Source: Eubacteriales bacterium | GTDB taxonomy: Bacteria; Bacillota; Clostridia; Oscillospirales; CAG-272 | Assembly (NCBI GenBank): GCA_045577755.1 | Contig: JAZNJA010000055.1 | Coordinates: forward strand, 974-64,973 | DNA length: 64,000 nucleotides | Reading direction: 5' to 3' | In this document: positions 45,966 to 55,870 of the stretch, piece after piece | How positions within the stretch are numbered: the stretch's first letter is position 1 | How the letters are laid out: each line of letters begins with the position of its first letter | Translations under genes and position numbers: made by a program | The notes under the pieces: model-generated | What the model was told of the DNA's origin: nothing | What the model saw: only the letters and a program-made list of their open reading frames with translations | Databases searched by the model: none

Positions 45966-48900
45966 TTACTGATTCGAGCTTTCAGGCAGAGTCTGGATCA
46001 CCTCGACTACCGAGCCGGTATCCGAGACGACCTGCAGCTTGACCGTGAGGTTCTCGATGGCGGCGGCACCGGCCAGAGTGAAGCGGAAGGACTTGTTACC
46101 GCCGAAGCACTCCTGAACCATCTCATCGGTGAACACGTAGCTCTTGATGGTCTTCACGCCGTTGGCAGTCCACTCAGCGACCACACGGAAGGAAACACCG
46201 TGGTTCTCGTAGGTATCGCCGGTCATGAAGGTAGCGGTGGAGCCATTGACCTGAGCCTTGAAGTCAACGGTCAGATTGCCGTTCTCGTCAACCTTCGCGC
46301 CAAGCTTGCTATCCTCGGCAGGATCGTTCTTGATAAGGTAGCGGCCGAAGACGTAAGAGGAGGTTGCCTGATTCCAGATGGGCAGAAGAGCGCTGGTAGC
46401 GTCTGCGTAGCAACCCTCAGCAATGATCACGCGGTTCTTGTCGATCTTGATGGTACCGGAGGCTCTGGTTGCGGAGTAGCTCTTACCGGTCAGGTAGCCG
46501 CCCTTGAAGACCACGAGGTAATCAGCGGTCAGGGTCTTATCCTGAACGTCAAGCACCACGCCGTCATAGACCAGAACGACGCTCTCGGTGTGATCCTTGA
46601 TCAGGTAGACGGTATCCTTGCCGGTGGTCTTCTGAGCCTCGGCCATAGCGGCGGCGATGGAGTTGAAGAACTTCGCCTCATCGGAGCCCTCGGTCATGAC
46701 CTTGACCACGGTATCAGCGGGGATGACGGTCCAGACATTCTCCTCGATCTCGTAGGACATGTAGCCCTCGGCTACAGCGTTGAAGAAGGGAGCGGAGTTT
46801 TCGTAGTCATCGGGGGTGTTCTCAGGATCGAAGCCGTAGAAGGTACCGCCGTAGACGGTCACGGTAGCCTTACCGGAGATGAAGTACTTGGAGTTCTGTC
46901 TGTCCTTATCGTGACGAACGATGAGGTAAGACGCGTCATCAGCGGTGGTTTTGAACTCGCCGCCATTGATGACCAGGTCGCCGCCGTGAGTCACGTGGAT
47001 CAGACCGCTCGTGCCCTCGGTGGTGTACTTACCGTTCTCGATGGTGACCAGAGTCTCGGTGCCAACGACCCAGATCAGAGGATACTCGGTGTTGGAGATC
47101 ATACCGTCGCCGTCCTTGCTGTCCTTAACGGTGATCCGGCAGTTATCCATGAACAGGAACAGGTACGCGTCAGCGTTGTTGGTGATGGTATGGCCGTTGA
47201 GATCCAGCACAGCATTGACGTTGCTGGGGCTGTTCACATTGTCCACACGGGTACCGCCAACGTAGTTGATAGCGGGGTTGTAGTAATCGCCGAAGCCGGT
47301 TGCGCCGCCGATAGCAGCAACAACGTCGTCCTCACCGTAGACCAGATCGACCAGCAGGATGACGGTTTCACCGTCGGTGCAGGCGTTGAAGGCATCCATG
47401 AGAGATGCGTAGTAGGTCGTGCCGACCTGAGCTACGGCCTCCTCAACGGTCAGGGTGCCGGGAACGACCTTCACATAGTAGCCGTCGATGGCATCGGGAG
47501 TGCAGTTGATATCGAAGACGCCTGCGGTCTTACCGTCAGTAGCAACGCTGAGATCCTTCAGAGTGACCGTGACGTCGGTCCAGTTGAAGTACTCAACGGA
47601 GTAGGTAAGCTCGGGCATCTGGTTGCCTGCGACCATGTTCAGATCGTCAACGGTGATCACGATCATGGGCTTGACAACGTAGGTTCCGTCGGCCTGAGGC
47701 TCAGCGCCGTAGCCGATCTCGCAGAGGTCGCTCACATCGGAGGAGAAGGTACCGCCGGTGATGAAGTTCTCATCAGCCAGCTTGCTCTCGCCCTCGGTGT
47801 AGTAGGCCACAGCCTCACCGTTGGCGGACTGGAAGGTACCGCCGGTGATGCTCACGACGGGAAGCTCGTAAGCGGAGTTTGCGCTTGCCTCAATGACAAC
47901 CGCGTCACCGGTTGCGGTAGCTCCGTTGTTGTTGGGAGCGTACGCGACCTTATCGCCGGTAGCGATGAAGGTACCGCCGGAGATGTTGATGGTACCGGAC
48001 TTAGCCCAGACAGCGGTCTTACCGGAGATCACGCCGTCGGAAATGGTCAGAGTACCGTTCTGAGGCCAGTAGATCGCCATATCGGAGTTGGGAGCCGAGA
48101 CGTTGGGAACACCCACGTAGCCACCCCACTTGGAAATGGTGACGTTACCGGCGTAATTGCCGTTACCCTGGATAGCGGGATAATCGCCGTACGCGGTCAG
48201 GGTGACGCCGCCCTTGACGGTTACGTTACCGCCGCGGAGATAGACAGCGTTGCCGGTCTGGGACTTGATGATGGTGCGCTGGGACAGATCGCCAACGCCC
48301 TGGATGGTCAGGCTGCCGCCGTTCACGTAGAAGGCGTCGCCCTGAGCGTCGATGATGATGTTCTTGACTGCGAAGATGCACTTCTCCAGCTTGAACAGAG
48401 GACCGTCGTGAGTGCTATTGATGGTATACTTCATACCGTCATTCATCTCGAGGGTACCGCCGTTGGGATCATCAAAGACGTAGGTCTTGTTCAGAGTAAT
48501 ATTGTCGAGGATCACGTAGTTCACGTATCCGGTAGCTGCCAGACCTGCGTTCCATGCCTCGTCGAAGTCGGCATAGAAGGTGGTCTGACCGTTGGCGACT
48601 ACCTTAACGATGGCCTTCTGAACCGTCAGAGTGCCGGGGATCACCTCAACAGCGTACTCGTCATTCATGAAGACGTATGCATCCGCGGTGATCTCGTAGG
48701 TGCCCACGCCGTTCAAAACGACCTCAGGCTTACCAACGACCAGGAGCAGGCCGTCCTCGGCCACGTCGCCAAAGTCGGTGGTGTAGGTGAACTCGGGAAG
48801 CTTGTTGCCGTTGACGATGGTGATATCGTCGAACTTCACGGTGATCACAGGCTTAACAGTCCAGGTACCGTCACCGTTATCGACAGCCTTGAAGCCCTCG

Positions 48901-51900
48901 GTCACGGTATCGGTGGTCTCGCCCATAGCCAACTTGTTATCAGCGGTCTGCTGGAAGTAGTGAGCCTTGCTGGGATCCATACCGACGAAGGTACCGCCGG
49001 TGACCACGATCTTGGTCTTAGCAAAGTCGATCACGCTGTTCTTGTACTCGCCGCCATGGACGACGATCAGGTAAGAGTTACCCTCGCTATCCAGAGCCTG
49101 CTCGAAGCTACCGCCCTCGATGTAGAGCTCGCCGCCGTGAGAAGCGTACAGGAACAGGTTGGTAGCGCCGCACTCAGCGCAACCGTTGTTGACCCAGTTA
49201 CCACCCTGAATGGTGATAGCGGTGTCGGGGGAAGCGGAATACACGCCGGAAGCCACGCCGTAGACGATGACGTCACCCTCACCCACGATGGTCAGGTGTG
49301 CGCCGTCATTAGCGAAGAACAGGCCGTGAGCGACGGTGCAAGAGTTGTAGGTCTTGCCATTCCACTCGAAGGACTCGTGGCCGTTGTAGGTGATGGAGTG
49401 GCCGTTCAGGTCGAAGGTCACGTCGTAGTCACCGACCACGTTGAAGATGCCGTAGTTGGGGTACTTGCCGTTGCCGTTGGTGGGAGCGGGGATGGACTCG
49501 ATCATGGAGCCGTCCACGATAATGTCGCGGTCCAGAGTCACGTCGTTGCCGGCCAGCAGCTGGTCCTTAATCCACTGAATGTAGTTAATGACCGTGTAGG
49601 TGTCGTCGCCGTTGTCAACGGAAATGTGAGTCTCGGGCACGAAGTCAGTGCCTGCGCCCTCAGCGGCGTTGTTCTCGGGGTTGAACTTATAGAAGGTACC
49701 GCCCTTCACAACGATGGATGCGGTGCCATCCTTGTAGTTGGCGTCGATGCAGTTGAGGGTGTAATCGTAGCTACCCTCGTAAGGCTCGACGGAGAAGTCA
49801 CCGCCCAGAACGGTCAGAGTACCCTTAGTCACGGATGCGACAGAGGTACCGCCGTGGTAGGTGCCATCCACAATGGTCAGGTTACCGGCAACAGCCGTAT
49901 CGTCAACGGTGCCGCCGACGATGAAGCAGTAAGCCTCAGTATCCATGGTACCGTTCTTGACAGTCAGATCCGTCAGAACGCGGATTGCGGGATTGATCTC
50001 GTTCTCGGTGGTAATGGTATAGCCGCCGAGATCCAGAGTGATAGCCCCCTCAGTCTTAGTCAAGACAGTCTCGGAGAGGGTAACGTCCTTCAGCAGGGTA
50101 ATGACGTCGCCGTCCACGGCTGCGGCGAAGGCATCCTGCAGAGTCGTGTAGTAGGATACGTTACCGTCGGCATCGGTGACGGTTGCGACGCACTCAATAA
50201 TGGTAACATCAACGCCGTCAGCCATGTTACCGATGAACTTCAGATCGGAAACGCCGGTGTAGTAGCAACCGTCCAGCGTGATCTCGTCCACCAGATAATC
50301 GCGAGTGCCTGCGGGATAGCGGCCGTCGTACTTGGGAGTCACGTCGTACAGCGCGCCACCGAACTGACCTGCGTAGCCGGTGCCGTTGTTGGTCACGGTG
50401 CCGGAAGCGGAGCAGTTGTTGTAGACACCGCGGTCGCCGTCGCCGAAGAAGCCGCCGATGTCAGCAGTAGCACCCTCAACTGCCGTAATGTCGCCGGAGG
50501 CGGAGCAGTTGTTGAAGGTAGCGTACATGGAATTGTTGTTGGAGTTGGTTGCGGAACCGACGAAGCCGCCTGCGGAAGCCACCTTGGTGATGATGTCCAC
50601 GTCAGCGGTGCAGTCGGTGACTACGTGACCCATCTGGCCAAGGTCAGCGTTCCAACCGAGGTCGCCGAAGAAGCCGCCTGCGAAGCAGTCAGCGGAGGTC
50701 ACGCCGGTGACGTCGATCTTACCGGAAGTATGGCAGTTCTCAGCAATGGTGTGAGCGCCGGGCCATGCAATAAAGCCGCCAACGTCAACCAGACCGGAAG
50801 CAGTAATGTCGATACCGGTGATATCGCTGTTGATGATCTTGGGATTCTCCCAACCGCGCTGGGTCTGAGCAACGAAGCCACCCACGCCGCAACCGGAAGC
50901 ATCGGTATCAGTAACAGTTACCTTGAAGCCCTTGACATCGAGGTTATCAAAGACATGGTTGCTGTTCTTCTGCAGGATGCAAGCGAAGCCGCCAATCAGG
51001 TCAGCGCCTGCAGTAGCATCGACCACAAGATTCTCAACCGTGCAGTTGGTCATCCAAGGCCAACTCATAAAGGCTGCCATACCGCCAACCCAAGCATTGG
51101 TGTGAGTGGTGGTGACGGTAATATTCTTAACGGTAACGTTGTGAACGACACCCTGAATGGAATTAGCCAGAGTACCGAAGCGTGCGTTACCTACAGTTGC
51201 GGTCACATCGGAAAGGATCAGATCCTTAACCTTGACGTCCTCAAGGCCATTGCTGCTTGCAATGACGTTGAAGAAGCCGCCGCTTGCAGAAGTAGCATCG
51301 ATATGGAAGTTGGAAATGATGTGGTTGTTACCCACGAAGTTTCCAGCAAAGGAAGCAATGGGGGTCCAGGTCATACCACCCAGATCGATGTCAGCCATCA
51401 GATCAACAGTCCAGCCGGAGAAGTTGTTGCCGGAGTTGGCCAGAGCCGCGAAGGTCATGAGATCGTCAACGTCCCAGATCTCCAGCACGTTCTCGCTACC
51501 GGGAACGACCGTAAAGTTCTCGCCGTTTGCGACCGAGGTATAGCCCTCGGCGATCTTAACGGAGGTGCCCTCGGCAGTTGCGTAGTCTCTCTCGTAGGTA
51601 CCACCGTACAGAACGGTAACGCCGCCGTTAGCGTTGGTCATACCGTAGTAGTATTCGGGGGTATTGGAGACGAGCGTACCGCCGTAAACAGTCACGTTAC
51701 CGGCCTGGTTCTCAACGATCACCTTACCGACGAACGAGCCGTCATTAATGATGATCTTACCTGCGTAGGTCTCGACTGCGATACCATCAGCAGAAACGAT
51801 CTCGCCGCCGTTGATAGTGGTCTCGCCGCAGGTATCCACGATGGCGTAGCCGCCTCCGTTGGTAGCAACGATCTTACCGCCGTTGACGGTCAGAACGCCA

Positions 51901-54900
51901 TACTGGTTCTCGATGGTCGCGTACCAGGCGCCGAGTGCGGTGAACTCGCCGCCATAGATAACGACGGTCGCCTTACCGCTCTGCAGCTCGTTGTTATAGA
52001 TCGCGCCGTACTCGCCGGTGAAGAAGCCGCCGTTGACGGTCAGCGCGCCGTAGTTGTCGATAGCGACCAGGCCGCCCTCGATCTTACCGTTCTGAGTCTC
52101 GTCGTTGACGATCAGCTCAGCGTAGTTCACCAGCATGCCGGTGATGGTATGACCGTTCAGGTCGATGACCTTCTTGGCGGTGCCGGCAATGGTCAGACGA
52201 CCCTCGTCGGTCAGCTTGATGTCCTTAAGCAGAGTGACCTTGATGGGAAGGTTGGTGTTCTCGCCCAGAGCTGCGACCAGATCGGCCCAGTTCTCGACGG
52301 TGATGTAGCTGGTGCCCCAGACGCCGGGCATGAGCTCGACCTCGACCTTAGCCAGCTTGGCGAGGGTGACACTGTAGGTGCCGTCGCCGTTGTCGGCAGC
52401 CTCGTAGCCCTCAGCCACCCACTCGGTGGGATCGCTGTCGAAGGTACCGCCGGTGATCTCTGCGACCAGACCGTCGGTAACGATCATGTCAAAGTTGTTA
52501 AACGTACCGCCGGTGATCTCCAGAGCGCCGGGAGCGGCGTTGACAGCGATCGTGCCGTCAATGGTCATGCCCTCGCCGATGGTAGCGGGAGAACGGAGGA
52601 AGATGGATGCACCGTTCCAGCTGTCGTTGGAAGCAGTGTTACCGATAATGGAGCCGGCGTTCAGCACAATGGAGGTATCCTCATGCTGGCCGTGGCTGCC
52701 GCCGACCCAACGGGAAGCGATAGCGCCGGCGCGGCCGCCCTCATTGTAATTGATCGTGCCGCCGTTCATGACGAACTGAGAAGCACCCTCAAGAACGATC
52801 ATGGCACCTGCGGTGTTAGAACCAACGCCGATATGCTCATTGTAGTTCATGACGGCATCGAAGGTCACCTCCGTGCCGTTGATGACGCCCAGGATGGTAG
52901 CACTTCTGGCCATGGCCTTGTTGTAGGTGATGACACCCTTGATGTCCATGGTGCCGCCGTTGGCAATGATGATACCGCCCTTATTACCGGCACCCATGTT
53001 ATACATAACGTTGGTGTTCAGGCTGGTTTCAGCATTGATGGCGTTCAGGACCATACCGGCATTATACATAATGGCACCGCCGTTGATGGTGACCTTACCG
53101 CCGTTGGACTTGATCAGAGCGAGATCATCGTTGTACATCAGGTAGAAGCCGCCGGTCTCGGTGTTGGCAGTCTTACCGTTGTCGCCGTCGCTGGCGATGG
53201 TCACGCCCGTGATGGTCACGCCGTTCAGCGTCAGATCACCGGCGTTGACGATGACGTTATCGTTGATCGCCTTGTCCTCCTCGCCGACGTCCACGAAGCG
53301 AGTGTACCAGTTCTGGCCGTTCTCGACGGTAGTGGTGTCATCGTAGAAGGTGAAGGAATTCTCACCGTCGATGGTGAGGTCCTTCAGGGTGACGCTCACG
53401 CCACTCTCTACATTAAAGATAGTGCCGTTATAGCCGTCAGCCCAGGTGATGGTCTTGCCGTCACCCTCGATGATGACGTCCTTGGAGATGGTCATCATCT
53501 CACCCACGGTGGCATCAGTCAGCAGGGTGATGGTCGCGCCGTTCTCGGTTGCGTTGGCAGCGGCGATGGCGTCTGCAAGAGTCCAGTACTTGACATCGCC
53601 GATCTGGGCGACCTCGGTGGGATAGTAGGGAGGCTCAACACTGTAGGAGACGTTCTCCAAGGTCAGAGTTTTGCCCTCAGCCAGCTTGAACTCGCCAATG
53701 ATGCCTGCGCAGTACTCGGTATCGCTGGTCACGTTGCTGCTTGCCGTACAATCCTTGATGGTCACGTTCTTGCCGTAAGCGGTGCCGTTACCGGCAGTCC
53801 AAGCAGCCCAACCGTGGTTGGCGGTGGAGCCGATGAAGCCGCCTGCAACGTCGGTACCGGTCACAACACCGGAAGCAGAGCAACCGTCAAAGGTCACGTC
53901 AGTGGTGTAGCCGTGCTCGGTCAGACGGCCGGCAAAGCCGCCTGCGGTAGCGGCAGTCACGTCACCGCGAGCCTCGCAGTTGACGTAGCTGACGTAGGAA
54001 TTGTGATTACCCACAAAGCCGCCTGCGATGTTCGAAGCGGTGATGTCCACGTCGGCCACGCAGTTGGTGTAGGTCTGCTGAGCGTACTCGTAGGTTCTGG
54101 CTACGAAGCCGCCGACCTTGGCGTGGTAGTTGACGGGGTTTGCGGGATCGCTGCAACGCTCCACGATCTTACCGGAAACAGAGCAATCCGTGTACTTGGT
54201 ATTGGGGCTCTGGGAGGTACCGACCATACCGCCGACGCGGGTCTCACCCAGATAGTCGGTGGTCACGTCGAAGTCGATGTTGGAGATGTGGACGTTCTGA
54301 ACGTTGTGGCCGTTGTCACTTCTCCAGAAGTAACCGACCAGACCGCCGACGAACGCCTCGTGTGCATCCACGTCGATCTCAAGGCCGTCGATGGTACCGT
54401 CCTTGAGGGTGATGTAGCCATAGTAGGTGTAGGGAGCGTATCCGCCTGCAAACACGGTGTAAGCGTCTGCGGTGATGGAAACGTTCTCCACGTTGAAGGT
54501 ATCCACCAGCATAGCCGCTCTGGTATTGCCGTTATTGGAGATATTCTGGCCGCACAGGTAGCCGAGAATAGCAGCCGCGCGAACCTCATTACTGCCATCG
54601 GCCTTGGCATCAATGGTCAGGCCGGAGACGTTGATGTTCGCCAGGTTGGCAGGATAGCAGTAGCCTACGACACCGCCGATCAGAGCGGAGCCGGACTTGG
54701 ATTGAGCGTTGATCGTGCAACCATTGACCGTGATGTTCTCAAAGTTGATCGCAGCGTCGGTACGGTTCTCGCTGTTGCTGTGTGCAATACCCACAACAGC
54801 CGCCGCGCGGACCTTTGCGCCGACGACGTCAATATTGACGTTGGTCATGGTGAGGTTCTTGATCGTAGCCTTCTTGACACCGCCAAACAGACCGACAAAC

Positions 54901-55289
54901 TGATTTGCGTCGGGCGTGTTGACGTTGATGGTCATGTTGCTGATGATATGATCCTGACCATCGAAGTTGCCGCAGAAGTAATTGGTATCGTTACCGATAG
55001 GCGTCCAGTTGAGGCCCGCCAGATCAAGGTCGCTGCCCAGGGCAACGATCTTCCCTGAGTAGGTATCACCGGAGTTGACAGACTCTGCAAAATTCAGCAG
55101 CTCGTCAACCGAGTTGATTACCAGATCCGCCTCGGAGTTTTGCACGTCAACAGTGCCGGCGGCATCGTTGCCATCGACCGCGTTGACGTCATTCGCCGTG
55201 TCCTCTGCGAAGACTCCCAGACCAAACAGCGATACCATCATTACCGCCGCCAGCAGGAAGCCCAGAAGACGCATAGAATTCTTCTTCAT
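45966..55289 (-). CDS. giant secreted beta-helix/adhesin-like protein G2 (3107 aa) with GLUG-type repeat modules
   Basis: Signal peptide MKKNSMRLLGFLLAAVMMVSLFGLGVFAED. Two modules start with ...F.GNFDGQDHIISN... and continue with serial (A/V)GG(F/L/M)(V/I)G turns. Many GGTF...DP...AEGY...DGTY(T/S)V capped beta-helix units. AAAGGAAAAAGCT-ATG RBS. Confidence 0.92.
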   Translation of the reverse strand: MKKNSMRLLGFLLAAVMMVSLFGLGVFAEDTANDVNAVDGNDAAGTVDVQNSEADLVINSVDELLNFAESVNSGDTYSGKIVALGSDLDLAGLNWTPIGNDTNYFCGNFDGQDHIISNMTINVNTPDANQFVGLFGGVKKATIKNLTMTNVNIDVVGAKVRAAAVVGIAHSNSENRTDAAINFENITVNGCTINAQSKSGSALIGGVVGYCYPANLANINVSGLTIDAKADGSNEVRAAAILGYLCGQNISNNGNTRAAMLVDTFNVENVSITADAYTVFAGGYAPYTYYGYITLKDGTIDGLEIDVDAHEAFVGGLVGYFWRSDNGHNVQNVHISNIDFDVTTDYLGETRVGGMVGTSQSPNTKYTDCSVSGKIVERCSDPANPVNYHAKVGGFVARTYEYAQQTYTNCVADVDITASNIAGGFVGNHNSYVSYVNCEARGDVTAATAGGFAGRLTEHGYTTDVTFDGCSASGVVTGTDVAGGFIGSTANHGWAAWTAGNGTAYGKNVTIKDCTASSNVTSDTEYCAGIIGEFKLAEGKTLTLENVSYSVEPPYYPTEVAQIGDVKYWTLADAIAAANATENGATITLLTDATVGEMMTISKDVIIEGDGKTITWADGYNGTIFNVESGVSVTLKDLTIDGENSFTFYDDTTTVENGQNWYTRFVDVGEEDKAINDNVIVNAGDLTLNGVTITGVTIASDGDNGKTANTETGGFYLMYNDDLALIKSNGGKVTINGGAIMYNAGMVLNAINAETSLNTNVMYNMGAGNKGGIIIANGGTMDIKGVITYNKAMARSATILGVINGTEVTFDAVMNYNEHIGVGSNTAGAMIVLEGASQFVMNGGTINYNEGGRAGAIASRWVGGSHGQHEDTSIVLNAGSIIGNTASNDSWNGASIFLRSPATIGEGMTIDGTIAVNAAPGALEITGGTFNNFDMIVTDGLVAEITGGTFDSDPTEWVAEGYEAADNGDGTYSVTLAKLAKVEVELMPGVWGTSYITVENWADLVAALGENTNLPIKVTLLKDIKLTDEGRLTIAGTAKKVIDLNGHTITGMLVNYAELIVNDETQNGKIEGGLVAIDNYGALTVNGGFFTGEYGAIYNNELQSGKATVVIYGGEFTALGAWYATIENQYGVLTVNGGKIVATNGGGYAIVDTCGETTINGGEIVSADGIAVETYAGKIIINDGSFVGKVIVENQAGNVTVYGGTLVSNTPEYYYGMTNANGGVTVLYGGTYERDYATAEGTSVKIAEGYTSVANGENFTVVPGSENVLEIWDVDDLMTFAALANSGNNFSGWTVDLMADIDLGGMTWTPIASFAGNFVGNNHIISNFHIDATSASGGFFNVIASSNGLEDVKVKDLILSDVTATVGNARFGTLANSIQGVVHNVTVKNITVTTTHTNAWVGGMAAFMSWPWMTNCTVENLVVDATAGADLIGGFACILQKNSNHVFDNLDVKGFKVTVTDTDASGCGVGGFVAQTQRGWENPKIINSDITGIDITASGLVDVGGFIAWPGAHTIAENCHTSGKIDVTGVTSADCFAGGFFGDLGWNADLGQMGHVVTDCTADVDIITKVASAGGFVGSATNSNNNSMYATFNNCSASGDITAVEGATADIGGFFGDGDRGVYNNCSASGTVTNNGTGYAGQFGGALYDVTPKYDGRYPAGTRDYLVDEITLDGCYYTGVSDLKFIGNMADGVDVTIIECVATVTDADGNVSYYTTLQDAFAAAVDGDVITLLKDVTLSETVLTKTEGAITLDLGGYTITTENEINPAIRVLTDLTVKNGTMDTEAYCFIVGGTVDDTAVAGNLTIVDGTYHGGTSVASVTKGTLTVLGGDFSVEPYEGSYDYTLNCIDANYKDGTASIVVKGGTFYKFNPENNAAEGAGTDFVPETHISVDNGDDTYTVINYIQWIKDQLLAGNDVTLDRDIIVDGSMIESIPAPTNGNGKYPNYGIFNVVGDYDVTFDLNGHSITYNGHESFEWNGKTYNSCTVAHGLFFANDGAHLTIVGEGDVIVYGVASGVYSASPDTAITIQGGNWVNNGCAECGATNLFLYASHGGELYIEGGSFEQALDSEGNSYLIVVHGGEYKNSVIDFAKTKIVVTGGTFVGMDPSKAHYFQQTADNKLAMGETTDTVTEGFKAVDNGDGTWTVKPVITVKFDDITIVNGNKLPEFTYTTDFGDVAEDGLLLVVGKPEVVLNGVGTYEITADAYVFMNDEYAVEVIPGTLTVQKAIVKVVANGQTTFYADFDEAWNAGLAATGYVNYVILDNITLNKTYVFDDPNGGTLEMNDGMKYTINSTHDGPLFKLEKCIFAVKNIIIDAQGDAFYVNGGSLTIQGVGDLSQRTIIKSQTGNAVYLRGGNVTVKGGVTLTAYGDYPAIQGNGNYAGNVTISKWGGYVGVPNVSAPNSDMAIYWPQNGTLTISDGVISGKTAVWAKSGTINISGGTFIATGDKVAYAPNNNGATATGDAVVIEASANSAYELPVVSITGGTFQSANGEAVAYYTEGESKLADENFITGGTFSSDVSDLCEIGYGAEPQADGTYVVKPMIVITVDDLNMVAGNQMPELTYSVEYFNWTDVTVTLKDLSVATDGKTAGVFDINCTPDAIDGYYVKVVPGTLTVEEAVAQVGTTYYASLMDAFNACTDGETVILLVDLVYGEDDVVAAIGGATGFGDYYNPAINYVGGTRVDNVNSPSNVNAVLDLNGHTITNNADAYLFLFMDNCRITVKDSKDGDGMISNTEYPLIWVVGTETLVTIENGKYTTEGTSGLIHVTHGGDLVINGGEFKTTADDASYLIVRHDKDRQNSKYFISGKATVTVYGGTFYGFDPENTPDDYENSAPFFNAVAEGYMSYEIEENVWTVIPADTVVKVMTEGSDEAKFFNSIAAAMAEAQKTTGKDTVYLIKDHTESVVLVYDGVVLDVQDKTLTADYLVVFKGGYLTGKSYSATRASGTIKIDKNRVIIAEGCYADATSALLPIWNQATSSYVFGRYLIKNDPAEDSKLGAKVDENGNLTVDFKAQVNGSTATFMTGDTYENHGVSFRVVAEWTANGVKTIKSYVFTDEMVQECFGGNKSFRFTLAGAAAIENLTVKLQVVSDTGSVVEVIQTLPESSNQ

Positions 55290-55552
55290 AGCTTTTTCCT
55301 TTCGTAAAAAAATGGATTACACAAGACTCAGTCGGCATCAAACGGGAGCATAGGGCGTGAGCGTCACGTTCGCCCGCGATCGGACGACATACTGCTCAAA
55401 CGGATCCCGGTGCACACGAAAATTGAGAAAAAACGAATTGTACTCCGCTCAGTTTCTTCCGATCAGCGCCGCTTCCGGGAAGCCTCGAAGGCAACGCTCA
55501 TCCAAAGGTACCGGCGTCCAATACGACCGCCTTAGCAAAAAGAGACTTGCAC
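55290..55552 (-). promoter_or_regulatory. about 260-nt 5' leader of G2, class unknown
   Basis: Lies between the promoter at 55559-55587 and the G2 RBS and has no plausible ORF. Shares a 13/14-nt block with the G1 leader. Confidence 0.35.
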
Positions 55553-55558
55553 GATTTC

Positions 55559-55587
55559 ATTGTACCACAACGGGCTCCGTTTGTCAA
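55559..55587 (-). promoter_or_regulatory. promoter of the G2 operon
   Basis: Minus strand reads TTGACA-17 nt-TACAAT with an extended TG, and the upstream flank is AT-rich. Confidence 0.7.
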
Positions 55588-55834
55588 GAGGATTTATCTT
55601 TAAATTATATATACAATATGTCCAAAATCTGCTTGGATCCCCCAAATAGTCTTTTTTTTCGCCGTTTTCCTCCATCACGCGCTTCCCTTCGCGACGCCTC
55701 AAAGCCTTGCATTTTTATGTCCGCCAAAAAAGTTTTCAGTTCCGTCACGCTTTTTTTACATTTTTCGAGTCTTTAAAACCGTCAACCAAGGGGGAACTCC
55801 CCTGAAGCAACCGCCCCCTCCCTCTTGAAAGCGC

Positions 55835-55870
55835 AAAAAAAGGACGCAAGCCCGACACAGGCCTGCGTCC
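55835..55870 (-). terminator. rho-independent terminator after fucU
   Basis: Minus strand reads GGACGCAGGCC tgtgtc GGGCTTGCGTCC followed by T8. Confidence 0.8.

Noticed and set aside
45888-55058. 3056-aa plus-strand ORF, the longest in the track apart from G2
   Set aside because: It is the codon-aligned reverse complement of the G2 gene, so it is open only because TTA, CTA and TCA codons are absent from G2. The product is low-complexity G/V/A/D/H-rich sequence with no RBS, signal peptide or recognisable domain. The minus-strand product, by contrast, has a signal peptide, RBS, promoter and repeat architecture.
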